A stretch of DNA of 56,931 bases, from positions 1-56,931 of IMG/VR virus record IMGVR_UViG_3300011114_000582; one strand, written 5' to 3'. The notes under the pieces were generated by a model. That model saw nothing but the letters and a program-made list of their open reading frames with translations. It was not told where the DNA came from and made no database searches. The DNA is from a virus (taxonomy: Duplodnaviria; Caudoviricetes). Positions within the stretch are counted from its first letter, which is position 1; each line of letters begins with the position of its first letter. Both the position numbers and the translations under genes were made by a program. Below are positions 42,612 through 50,619 of the stretch, piece after piece.

Positions 42612-43851
42612 CCTAATGCAAGGGGTGGGTAAGGGCCATCGCGCTCTTGCCGCTCTCCCCGAAGCCCAGCGTATTCCGCTCGGAATGCGGCAAGCGCAGA
42701 AGACCATGCTCCCCGCCGAGGTGCTGGAGCAGTACAACAAGGCCGGGATTTTCGGCAAGACTACCAGCGGCGAGCCGATTCGTGCCACAATGTCCTCGAT
42801 GAATCAGGATGCCGTGAAAAGCGGATTCATGCCGCAGACGGGCAAGATCCGACTTGACCCCGAGAGCAAAGTGCCAAAGGACCTCGACGAGGCGCACGCA
42901 CGCGGCTACCACCCGAACATCACTTGGGACCGTGGACGAGTGCGTCCCGGTAAAGAGGATATGGGGTACGGCCTCGAGCAGTACATGATAGCGGCGGCGG
43001 CACGGGATCCCCGCTACCAGTCCGCGATGCGTCAGCCCTTTTCCAGCTCGCGCCCCGATCCGGTAATGACCGAACTGTACGCGATGGACGTCAAGCCCGA
43101 CGCCTACGGAATGCGGGACCCCGATTCCGCATGGTGGAAGAATCTACCGGCGAAAGGTAAAGAGCTGTACGCGCTGGCGTACGACATGATGCGAGCACAG
43201 GGCCACGGCAATGTGTCTTCGCACCTGACCGATGTGAACACCGCCCGACGACTGGGCAACATCGCGTCGCACTCGCTCGGCCACGGCGACCTCGGCTTCA
43301 TCGCTCCGGTGGAGGAATGGGGCCATATGCCCGGAATGTCGGGCCAGCTCTTCTCCAGCCCCGTCCAGTCCGCACACGCCGAGGACTACTACCTCAAGAA
43401 GCTCTTTGGCGGCCCCGGTCTCAAGACGAACCAAAAGACCGACGAACTGATGGACGCGGCGGCGGACCTGCGCACGCCCGATTTCTTGCAGATGACGCCG
43501 GACCAGACCCTCGGCACGCTTTTCACACGCGAAGCGCAGATGGCGGGAGCCTATGGCCCCGGCACTGGCACCCAGTCGCCCCTGCGAGTCAGCCAAGTGC
43601 GTCCCTACGAGAACGTCTTGCTCAAGAATCTAGCCGAGCCTCAAGTGCTCGCGAACCCCGGTAGCATCCAAGGCGCGATGGGTCCCACAACGCTGGGCCG
43701 ACAGGCGACCACCGAGGCGATCATTCGCGGAATGCTCAAAGGGTACGAACCCGAGGAGGTGATCGAGCGTTTGGTGCTCGAAGCCCCCGCCGGTGCCTAC
43801 AAGGGCCGGTACAAAAAAGGAGGACTGGCTCATGCCGCAGTCATCGCTTGA
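42580..43851 (+). CDS. Hypothetical protein with a GNAT-like segment and C-terminal YKKGG motif
   Basis: 423-aa ORF with GAGG RBS; ELYAMDVKP...KGKELYALAYDMMRAQG...LTDVNTAR; the ORF is solid, the function tentative. Confidence 0.6.
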   Translation: MPLPNQLSFADLMQGVGKGHRALAALPEAQRIPLGMRQAQKTMLPAEVLEQYNKAGIFGKTTSGEPIRATMSSMNQDAVKSGFMPQTGKIRLDPESKVPKDLDEAHARGYHPNITWDRGRVRPGKEDMGYGLEQYMIAAAARDPRYQSAMRQPFSSSRPDPVMTELYAMDVKPDAYGMRDPDSAWWKNLPAKGKELYALAYDMMRAQGHGNVSSHLTDVNTARRLGNIASHSLGHGDLGFIAPVEEWGHMPGMSGQLFSSPVQSAHAEDYYLKKLFGGPGLKTNQKTDELMDAAADLRTPDFLQMTPDQTLGTLFTREAQMAGAYGPGTGTQSPLRVSQVRPYENVLLKNLAEPQVLANPGSIQGAMGPTTLGRQATTEAIIRGMLKGYEPEEVIERLVLEAPAGAYKGRYKKGGLAHAAVIA

Positions 43852-44137
43852 TCTAGATGGGGTGGTCGCGGAGCGCGGCGCATCGTACGGCGACTACACG
43901 ACCCAAGCCGAGATCGCCCAAACGCTGAAGGACCTATTTCGCGAGTGCCCCGGCTGGGAGCGGCTGGAGTACCACCAGCGCGAATCGCTCGACATGATCG
44001 CGTGCAAGGCCTCCCGGATTTTGAACGGCGACCCGAATCACCTCGACTCGTGGGTGGACATCGCGGGGTACGCGACCATCGTGGCGGCACGAATACCGAA
44101 GGGGGGTATTGACAAGGCTACCCCACCTGTGGTATAA
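43832..44137 (+). CDS. DUF6378-like protein
   Basis: ERGASYGD...LDMIACKASRILNGDPNHLDSWVDIAGYA; GGAGG RBS. Confidence 0.75.
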   Translation: MPQSSLDLDGVVAERGASYGDYTTQAEIAQTLKDLFRECPGWERLEYHQRESLDMIACKASRILNGDPNHLDSWVDIAGYATIVAARIPKGGIDKATPPVV

Positions 44138-44138
44138 T
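44109..44138 (+). promoter_or_regulatory. Early promoter with CACCTGTG box
   Basis: TTGACA-N18-TATAAT. Confidence 0.8.
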
Positions 44139-44207
44139 ACAGGTTCTGGGTTGATAAGACGATCCAGTACCCCATCAATCGATAGACACTATAGAGGACA
44201 CACAATC

Positions 44208-44504
44208 ATGGCAAAGACTACTACTAAACCCGTCGCGATCACTACCGACATGGTGGACGAACTCGCCAGCGTACGTGACCAGCTCAAGGCCCTGACCGCC
44301 CGCGAGAAGTACCTGAAGGGGATCTTCCGCAAGGGCGGCGACGCGATCTACCGTGGTGACCAGCACCAAATCGAGATCAAGTTCACGACCCGCCCACAGC
44401 TCGACATGGATGCCGTCCGCGCAAAGCTCTCGGCCGAGTGGATCGAAGAGCACACCGGCGAAGTCGAGGTGATGAACATCCGCCAGATGGAGATCGTAAA
44501 ATGA
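44208..44504 (+). CDS. Hypothetical early protein
   Basis: ATAGAGGAC RBS; coiled coil plus beta segment. Confidence 0.7.
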   Translation: MAKTTTKPVAITTDMVDELASVRDQLKALTAREKYLKGIFRKGGDAIYRGDQHQIEIKFTTRPQLDMDAVRAKLSAEWIEEHTGEVEVMNIRQMEIVK

Positions 44505-44719
44505 AGGTGACCCCCTACACGACCAAGACCGGCATCCAAATCGGGTGCATGTACCAGCCGAAGCAGACGTGGGAGCCGAGCGCGGACATGGAAAGGCTCC
44601 AGCTCTCGCTACTCAACCCCAGCTATCGCCCAACGGCCACGTTAGTGATCGACACGATCTTGTGGCTCGCGAGTGTGGTACTGATCGCATTGTTAATCGT
44701 AGGAGTACACTATGCTTGA
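44501..44719 (+). CDS. Hypothetical membrane protein
   Basis: PYTTKTGIQIG motif, C-terminal TM helix. Confidence 0.6.
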   Translation: MKVTPYTTKTGIQIGCMYQPKQTWEPSADMERLQLSLLNPSYRPTATLVIDTILWLASVVLIALLIVGVHYA

Positions 44720-44900
44720 AGACGACGAAGTCGAACAGGACGAGGGCGAGAACACTTGCCCCATTTGTAACGCTGGCATGGAGGCCCGGTGCTTGGAGTC
44801 CAAGACCGACCCCCGGCACGACATCTTTTGGGCCAAGTACGGCTACGAGTGCGGCGAGTGTGGTCACAAAGGCGACACTTGGGAAGTACTGGCGGATTAG
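44712..44900 (+). CDS. Small zinc-ribbon protein
   Basis: CPIC...CGEC; AGGAG RBS. Confidence 0.65.
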   Translation: MLEDDEVEQDEGENTCPICNAGMEARCLESKTDPRHDIFWAKYGYECGECGHKGDTWEVLAD

Positions 44901-44907
44901 ACGATAC

Positions 44908-44936
44908 TTGACAGGTTATTCCACCTGTGTTATAAT
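44908..44936 (+). promoter_or_regulatory. Early promoter with CACCTGTG box
   Basis: TTGACA-N17-TATAAT. Confidence 0.85.
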
Positions 44937-44972
44937 TCATTCTTCATCAACACATAGAGGACACTAGACATC

Positions 44973-45953
44973 ATGGCACACGAACTACACACAAATGCGG
45001 CTGGCAAGGCATCAATGGCTTACGCGGGCGACACCCCTTGGCACGGCTTGGGTCAGCGACTCACACCCGACGCACCACTCGACGTTTGGACTCGCGAAGC
45101 GGGACTCGACTGGGAGGTGAAAAAAGGCGCGATCGCCTACGAGGTGCGCGACGAGGAGGACAATCCGGTCCGTATGCAGACCGTCCCCGCACGTTGGGCA
45201 CTGTACCGCTCCGACACCGGTGCGCCCCTGTCCGTGATGTCGAGCAATTACCACATCACTCAGCCCCGCGCCGTGATGGAGTTCTTCCGCGACCTGACTG
45301 AAGGTGGCGATTTCAAGATGGAGACCGCTGGCGTCCTGCGCAACGGCTCCACCTACTGGGCGTTGGCCAAGGCCGAGGATTCGTTCGACGTGGGCGGCGG
45401 TGACGTGGTCCTGCCCTACCTCTTGCTCGCGACGTCTTGCGACGGCTCGATGTCGAACACCGCGCAGTTCACGACCACCCGAGTGGTGTGCAACAATACG
45501 CTGTCGCTCGCCGTGGCGAACAAGACCGGCCAAATCCGCGTGCCGCACAGCACCCAGTTCAACGCCGAGAAGTTCAAGGCAGAGCTTGGCCTGTGCGCGG
45601 ATACTTGGAGCCAGTTCAAGACGAACGCGACCACGCTGTCCAAGCGCAAGGTGTCGAAAGAGGAGGCGGCCCGCTACTTCCTCGACGTATTCTACGGCGA
45701 GGAAGCCGAGTCGATCGACGTCGAAGCCAAGCGTCCGATGATCGAGCTGGTGACCAAGATCTACCTCGACGGTGTGGGCCAGCGAGCCAAGACCGCACAA
45801 GGCACCGCGTGGGGACTGCTCAACGCCGTCACCCGATTCGCCGACCACGAGCGCAAAGCCGCGTCCCGCGACACTCGCCTCCAGTCCGCTTGGTTCGGTG
45901 CCGGTGCCCGACTGAAACGCGACGCCTTGACACAGGCTCTCGCGCTGGTATAA
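44973..45953 (+). CDS. DUF932 (phage/plasmid LGT family) protein
   Basis: PWHGLG, AGLDWEV, METAGVLRNG, RVVCNNTL, GTAWGLLNAVTRFADH. Confidence 0.85.
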   Translation: MAHELHTNAAGKASMAYAGDTPWHGLGQRLTPDAPLDVWTREAGLDWEVKKGAIAYEVRDEEDNPVRMQTVPARWALYRSDTGAPLSVMSSNYHITQPRAVMEFFRDLTEGGDFKMETAGVLRNGSTYWALAKAEDSFDVGGGDVVLPYLLLATSCDGSMSNTAQFTTTRVVCNNTLSLAVANKTGQIRVPHSTQFNAEKFKAELGLCADTWSQFKTNATTLSKRKVSKEEAARYFLDVFYGEEAESIDVEAKRPMIELVTKIYLDGVGQRAKTAQGTAWGLLNAVTRFADHERKAASRDTRLQSAWFGAGARLKRDALTQALALV

Positions 45954-45954
45954 T
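45927..45954 (+). promoter_or_regulatory. Promoter overlapping the DUF932 stop codon
   Basis: TTGACA-N16-TATAAT with extended TG. Confidence 0.55.
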
Positions 45955-45990
45955 TGGGGTTCATGGTTCTGCAGTTGCCGTGAGATTTTA

Positions 45991-46014
45991 AAGGGGCTTC
46001 GGCCCCTTCTTTTT
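45991..46014 (+). terminator. Rho-independent terminator
   Basis: AAGGGGC-TTCG-GCCCCTT followed by CTTTTT. Confidence 0.8.
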
Positions 46015-46032
46015 AAACACATAGAGGAAATT

Positions 46033-46809
46033 ATGACTAGAATAGTCTGGACCAACGAGGAAAAGGTCGCTATCTTCGCCCACATGATCGAGGTCTTCCG
46101 GCAGTTCCCGAAGCTCGGTCGTAAAGAAGCACTCAAGCGAGCGCAGACCGTACTAAACGCCAGCCGGTGGATCAAAGTCACTGACCAACGCGTGTTCAAC
46201 TACAAAGACCGCATTGAAGTCGCCCGGCAGAAGGCCCAGCAGGAGTCGAAGAAGAAGCCTCCGGAGGCCGTCGTCGCCCCTGCCCCTATACTAGCCCCAA
46301 CCCCCGCGCCCGAGCGCAAGGAGAGTACCACGGAACGCCTCGCTCAGGCATTCGAGCGACTGCTGGACATTATGGCCGACGCGGTGGCGGCTAAGGTGGC
46401 CGAGCGGATCACTCCACCGATGTCTCGCGAGGAGCTGACGCGGCACGTGGACCAACAATTCGAGGCGGAGTTCACCAAATACCCGAGGCCCCGCCACGAC
46501 CCCCAGCCCATTCGTCACCCTACCGGCTACGCGAAACCCGGCGTGCTCGTAATCGGACTACTACCGGCACAGGCTCATCACGTGAGCCACCTGTTGGCCC
46601 AGTATTTGGACCTGTCCTTTTTCACCGCTGAGGAAGCCATCACGTTCCCCAAGCTCACCCGGGCACACACGGTGCTGATGACCAAGTTCATTTCGCACGC
46701 CGTGCAGGACAAATACCGCAAGTCCCCGAAGCTCCACTTCTGCAACGGAAGCGTGGCCGTGCTGATTAGCCTCCTCGAAGGAATCTACAAAGAGTCGAGG
46801 GGTACTTGA
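46033..46809 (+). CDS. Hypothetical protein (possible N-terminal DNA-binding helices)
   Basis: 258-aa ORF, ATAGAGGA RBS, WTNEEK start. Confidence 0.7.
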   Translation: MTRIVWTNEEKVAIFAHMIEVFRQFPKLGRKEALKRAQTVLNASRWIKVTDQRVFNYKDRIEVARQKAQQESKKKPPEAVVAPAPILAPTPAPERKESTTERLAQAFERLLDIMADAVAAKVAERITPPMSREELTRHVDQQFEAEFTKYPRPRHDPQPIRHPTGYAKPGVLVIGLLPAQAHHVSHLLAQYLDLSFFTAEEAITFPKLTRAHTVLMTKFISHAVQDKYRKSPKLHFCNGSVAVLISLLEGIYKESRGT

Positions 46810-46834
46810 CAGATTGTAGCACCTGTGTTATAAT
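46806..46834 (+). promoter_or_regulatory. Early promoter with CACCTGTG box
   Basis: TTGACA-N17-TATAAT. Confidence 0.85.
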
Positions 46835-46868
46835 ATAACCTTTTTAACAACACATAGAGGACAACACC

Positions 46869-47126
46869 ATGCAAGCTAAAACCTACACCAGCCCCGAGCA
46901 GTCTATGTACGGGTGCGACATCGAAGAGTTCAAGGCGTCTGTACGCCGCTCGATCACCTACCGCTTCACCGGCGGCAACATGGTCGTCGCGGGTCTGATG
47001 TCCGACGCGCAGGAGCTGATGGCCATGGGCGATAGCGAGACCGCCCGCCAGTACCTGAACCGTGCAAAGTCGATCCTGTTCGACATCATGGACGGCGAAA
47101 TGTCCGGTAGTGCGGAGGTGAAGTGA
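46869..47126 (+). CDS. Hypothetical early protein
   Basis: ATAGAGGAC RBS; MSDAQELM...ARQYLNRAK motif. Confidence 0.7.
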   Translation: MQAKTYTSPEQSMYGCDIEEFKASVRRSITYRFTGGNMVVAGLMSDAQELMAMGDSETARQYLNRAKSILFDIMDGEMSGSAEVK

Positions 47127-47368
47127 TGAACCGCACGATCTCCTACACTGACCTCGCGGCACTCTTTCGCCGCAAATTCGCCCACTCCGATTTGTACTCG
47201 TGCGAGTGCGCCCTGCGCGACTGCTATGACGCGCTGTTAGCCGTCGGTGAGCACCGCGACCCCGAATACGCTCGGAAGCTGTGGTGCGAAATCGACGCCA
47301 TCCGCGATCGCCAAATGGCGATCAATAAGAACGCTCGTGAACTCAAAGAAATGAGGGCCTACCCATGA
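47123..47368 (+). CDS. Hypothetical early protein
   Basis: GGAGG RBS, coupled. Confidence 0.65.
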   Translation: MMNRTISYTDLAALFRRKFAHSDLYSCECALRDCYDALLAVGEHRDPEYARKLWCEIDAIRDRQMAINKNARELKEMRAYP

Positions 47369-47640
47369 TGATACTCAACTCCGCCATGGACCTGATCGAC
47401 GCGATCGCCAATCGGGACCTCAAGCCCATTGCCTACTCGGGGCACGAATACGGACGCAACTGCGTCGCCTGTATCGTCGAAGCTGGCTCTTGGCTCGGAC
47501 TCGAGGGCTTGCCCAAGGCGGGTGCCACGGTGGACCAGATGGGCAAAGACTATATCGTCTACTGGCCCCGTGCCGAATGGACCGAGAGCGTGCAAGAGTA
47601 CGTTGACACCATCTACGACCCGTCGGGAAAGGTAGAATGA
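47365..47640 (+). CDS. Hypothetical early protein
   Basis: YSG...DQMGKDYIVYWP motif, coupled. Confidence 0.65.
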   Translation: MMILNSAMDLIDAIANRDLKPIAYSGHEYGRNCVACIVEAGSWLGLEGLPKAGATVDQMGKDYIVYWPRAEWTESVQEYVDTIYDPSGKVE

Positions 47641-47672
47641 CCCTATTCGCTGTAGGGTCGTTTGCGGGGGTA

Positions 47673-47702
47673 TTGACAAACCCATTGCACCCGTGTTATA
47701 AT
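47673..47702 (+). promoter_or_regulatory. Early promoter with CACCCGTG box
   Basis: TTGACA-N18-TATAAT; leader duplicated from the 44109 promoter. Confidence 0.85.
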
Positions 47703-47770
47703 ACAGGTTCTGGATTGATAAAACGATCCAGTGACCACAACCCCACATAATCTTATAGAGGACACGCACC

Positions 47771-48274
47771 ATGAAAATCGCAACACGCACAGCTACTAAG
47801 ACTCAAGTCGAAATCGTCTCCGTGAACGGCGGCTGGACCACAATCCGCGCTATCGGCCAGCAGAAGACCCTCAAGGTCCGCAACGGCGAATTGACCGGCC
47901 ACACCACAATCACTAAGGCCACGCCTACTACCGCCGAATTGGTGATCGCCAAGGCACAGGCCACCGCCCGTACCAAGATGGACATCAACGAGCGCAAAAA
48001 CGGCAAAGTCGATCCGCTCTACTTGCCCCAGTACACCGCGTACGCCATCCAGCTGGCCGACGGCACGAAGAAGCGTTCGATCGACAAAGGCGACGCGGTG
48101 GCCACGTCACTGCGCAAGCTGACTCTCGACGCCGTGTACGCGACAGCGTCCAGCGCGACCGGCATCTCCCAAGTCGGCCTCCGCGATCGCTTCGCCCACC
48201 TCAACCCCGGCATGCAACGCATGAACCTTGGCAACATGATCCGCAAAGCACTGAAGGAAACCGCAAATGCCTGA
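47771..48274 (+). CDS. Hypothetical early protein
   Basis: ATAGAGGAC RBS; HLNPGMQRMNLGNMIR motif. Confidence 0.7.
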   Translation: MKIATRTATKTQVEIVSVNGGWTTIRAIGQQKTLKVRNGELTGHTTITKATPTTAELVIAKAQATARTKMDINERKNGKVDPLYLPQYTAYAIQLADGTKKRSIDKGDAVATSLRKLTLDAVYATASSATGISQVGLRDRFAHLNPGMQRMNLGNMIRKALKETANA

Positions 48275-48482
48275 TACGAAAAAAGAAGTCCGGGTGCGCT
48301 TGCACTCGGCCACCCTCACGGGTGAAATGCTACTGGACGGCCAGCGCATCGCCTTCCGCGCCGAAATCGACGGCGGCAAGGTGGATGCGTGGTTCGATCC
48401 GACGAAGGACGGACAAGTCGTGGACCGCTGGGTCGCCTTCCGTGCTTTGGACCGATGGATTGACGATAACCTCCGGGGCTAA
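48267..48482 (+). CDS. Hypothetical early protein
   Basis: 71-aa ORF, AAGGA RBS. Confidence 0.6.
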   Translation: MPDTKKEVRVRLHSATLTGEMLLDGQRIAFRAEIDGGKVDAWFDPTKDGQVVDRWVAFRALDRWIDDNLRG

Positions 48483-48486
48483 CGCG

Positions 48487-48636
48487 GTGCAGTTCTGTGC
48501 GAAATGCAAAGCCGAGCGGCTGTCCGGCGGCGGCGTCGAAACCCGCCCCGGCCGGTGGCTGTGCGCGAAATGCTGGGTCTCGTTCACCCAACGGAAAGTA
48601 GGGGGGATTGACAAAGGTATGGCACCTGTGTTATAA
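48487..48636 (+). CDS. Small zinc-finger protein (start uncertain)
   Basis: FCAKC...WLCAKC. Confidence 0.45.
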   Translation: MQFCAKCKAERLSGGGVETRPGRWLCAKCWVSFTQRKVGGIDKGMAPVL

Positions 48637-48637
48637 T
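48608..48637 (+). promoter_or_regulatory. Early promoter with CACCTGTG box
   Basis: TTGACA-N18-TATAAT. Confidence 0.8.
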
Positions 48638-48672
48638 TCGTCTTTTTACTTCAACAGATAGAGGACACCGCA

Positions 48673-48897
48673 ATGACTGACACGCTCGCCACCCTGATCG
48701 CCACTCCAATCGCTGGTAACTACGCCGCTGACGCCGCCCTCGTCAAGCGCATCAACCGATTCGCCGAGTCCGACGCCCCCGTCGCCGACCGCGCCGATGC
48801 CGTCCGCTTCCTGTCCCGCGTCGTTTACGGTCTCCACGACCCGCTGATGTCCTACGATGACGCGACTCTCCTCCGGATCTTCCTGACCGGCGAGTAA
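48673..48897 (+). CDS. Hypothetical early protein
   Basis: ATAGAGGAC RBS. Confidence 0.65.
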   Translation: MTDTLATLIATPIAGNYAADAALVKRINRFAESDAPVADRADAVRFLSRVVYGLHDPLMSYDDATLLRIFLTGE

Positions 48898-48900
48898 TAC

Positions 48901-48930
48901 TTGACAAAGGTACCGCACCCGTGTTATAAT
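48901..48930 (+). promoter_or_regulatory. Early promoter with CACCCGTG box
   Basis: TTGACA-N18-TATAAT. Confidence 0.85.
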
Positions 48931-48963
48931 AGACATTTTAACCAACAGATAGAGGACAACACC

Positions 48964-49239
48964 ATGAACAAGCAACGCCGCGCCAAGATCGAAGCCGAAC
49001 TGCTCGCCGCCCGTACCGCGATCGAGTCCCTGCGCTTCGCGCTGGAGAACCTGCAAGACCTCGCGAACGAAGAGCAAGAATGCTTCGACAACATGCCCGA
49101 AGGCCTCCAAGCGTCCGAGAACGGCCAGCGCATCGAGACGATCGCGCAAGAGTTCGATTCCGCTTGCTCCACGCTCGATTCCGCAGTGGACGAGGTGGGC
49201 AGTGCGCTGGACGACATCGAATCCGCAGTGGACCAGTGA
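48964..49239 (+). CDS. Acidic coiled-coil hypothetical protein
   Basis: MNKQRRAKI...EEQECFDNMPEGLQ.SE.G motif; ATAGAGGAC RBS. Confidence 0.7.
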   Translation: MNKQRRAKIEAELLAARTAIESLRFALENLQDLANEEQECFDNMPEGLQASENGQRIETIAQEFDSACSTLDSAVDEVGSALDDIESAVDQ

Positions 49240-49253
49240 AAGGAGCCGACGCT

Positions 49254-49682
49254 ATGGACTTCGCACCCCTGACCGAGCACTCTCCCCGTCCCAATGGGGA
49301 CCCCGACTACGTGCCCTACTGGGCAAAGGGCGAGTACGCCCGTGCCAACGGCACCAGCTACACCACCGAATCTGGCGTCACAATCGTCGGCGGCCGGGCC
49401 ACCGGAAGGCTCCCCGTGGCTTCGAGACCCGCCCCGGTACCTAAGGTCCAACCCGCCGCCCCAAGCGTCCCGGAGACCCCGCGGAAGGCCTCGGCGACCC
49501 CTCCGAAGCCCACCCGGACCCCGGACCTCGTGGCCCAGCTCCTCGCCGTGCACAAAACCCGCGAAGCGCGGCTCGGACTGTGCGCGAAATACGGCGTCGA
49601 TCCGGCGATCTTCACGAACGCTCCGAACCCGGGCGTGGCCGCTATGCGGCTGGCCAATGCATTGCGCGCGAAGGTGCTGTAA
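49254..49682 (+). CDS. Hypothetical Pro-rich early protein
   Basis: AAGGAG RBS; C-terminal NPGVAAMRLANALR. Confidence 0.65.
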   Translation: MDFAPLTEHSPRPNGDPDYVPYWAKGEYARANGTSYTTESGVTIVGGRATGRLPVASRPAPVPKVQPAAPSVPETPRKASATPPKPTRTPDLVAQLLAVHKTREARLGLCAKYGVDPAIFTNAPNPGVAAMRLANALRAKVL

Positions 49683-49697
49683 TGTACAATCGGCCCC

Positions 49698-49838
49698 ATG
49701 GCCGACACCACGCTCGTACTGCTTGCCCTCCTCGGACTCGGGGTGGGCACGCTGTTGTGGGCGATCCACGAACTCAATCGAGGACTGAACGATGACAAAG
49801 ACGACGATTCAGACGATGGCGGCTCGCGCCTTCCCTGA
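49698..49838 (+). CDS. Possible small membrane peptide (46 aa), leaderless
   Basis: MADTTLVLLALLGLGVGTLLWAIHEL...DDKDDDSDD; ATG 7 nt after TACAAT; overlaps next ORF. Confidence 0.4.
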   Translation: MADTTLVLLALLGLGVGTLLWAIHELNRGLNDDKDDDSDDGGSRLP

Positions 49839-50004
49839 CCTACCCCAGCTCCAGACGATGCTCGCCGACGTGTACGACATCGCGTACCAGCAAGCACTCG
49901 ACGACGCGGCGTACAAAATCTCCACGCTGACCGCGCTGGGCGACACCGCCGCCTCCTTCGCCGTATTCGTGCGGGACTTACGGAAGCCTCTCGGAGACGC
50001 TTGA
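49792..50004 (+). CDS. Hypothetical protein
   Basis: 70-aa ORF, GAGGA RBS, GDTAASFAVFVR motif. Confidence 0.6.
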   Translation: MTKTTIQTMAARAFPDLPQLQTMLADVYDIAYQQALDDAAYKISTLTALGDTAASFAVFVRDLRKPLGDA

Positions 50005-50104
50005 GAGATGCCAAGCTATTACCATACCGGTACTATATCTCCTGACGCAAGGAAGACCCCAAGGAAGGCCTCGGAGAGGTATCGGAGCAAGGTGCGGAGG
50101 TCCG

Positions 50105-50548
50105 GTGCGACTGCCTGAGCAGAAGCTCTACGACTGGCTGGTCCGCAAGGTGGGCCACATCGCCCTACTGGAGCGTGTTGAGAACCGGGTGAAAAAAGAC
50201 ACCCCGGACCTGTACTTCGCCACCAAAGCCCACTGCCTCCCCGACCGCCCCTTGATCGGCTGGATCGAACTTAAAGTCCTCGACGCCTTCCCCGCGAAAG
50301 CCACCACCACCGTCAAACTCCCGCACTGGACCAACGGCCAACGCTACTGGGCGATCCGGCACCGAACGTACGGCGGCAACACATGGCTCGTGGTCCAAGT
50401 CGGCGACGAGGTGTTCCTGCACAACGGCCCGGAGCTTGCAACCAACGACTGGACCCAAGCGGAGTGGCGCACCTACGGCGTGCGGCTGGACAAACGGAGC
50501 TGTACCACCGAGGCCGTACTTGCAGGGCTGTACGAACTCATGTTTTAA
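50105..50548 (+). CDS. PD-(D/E)XK nuclease, VRR-NUC / Holliday junction resolvase-like
   Basis: E...RVEN...TPDL...WIELKV...Q..W; GGAGG RBS with GTG start. Confidence 0.75.
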   Translation: MRLPEQKLYDWLVRKVGHIALLERVENRVKKDTPDLYFATKAHCLPDRPLIGWIELKVLDAFPAKATTTVKLPHWTNGQRYWAIRHRTYGGNTWLVVQVGDEVFLHNGPELATNDWTQAEWRTYGVRLDKRSCTTEAVLAGLYELMF

Positions 50549-50619
50549 TTCTCCCACGGCGTGCAACGCGCCGCTCGGGGTGATCTCACCCTCGGAACCG
50601 GTTAGTGACCACTAACCTC

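Noticed and set aside
45012-46199. 395-aa minus-strand ORF
   Set aside because: Antisense to the well-supported DUF932 gene and crosses a + strand terminator.
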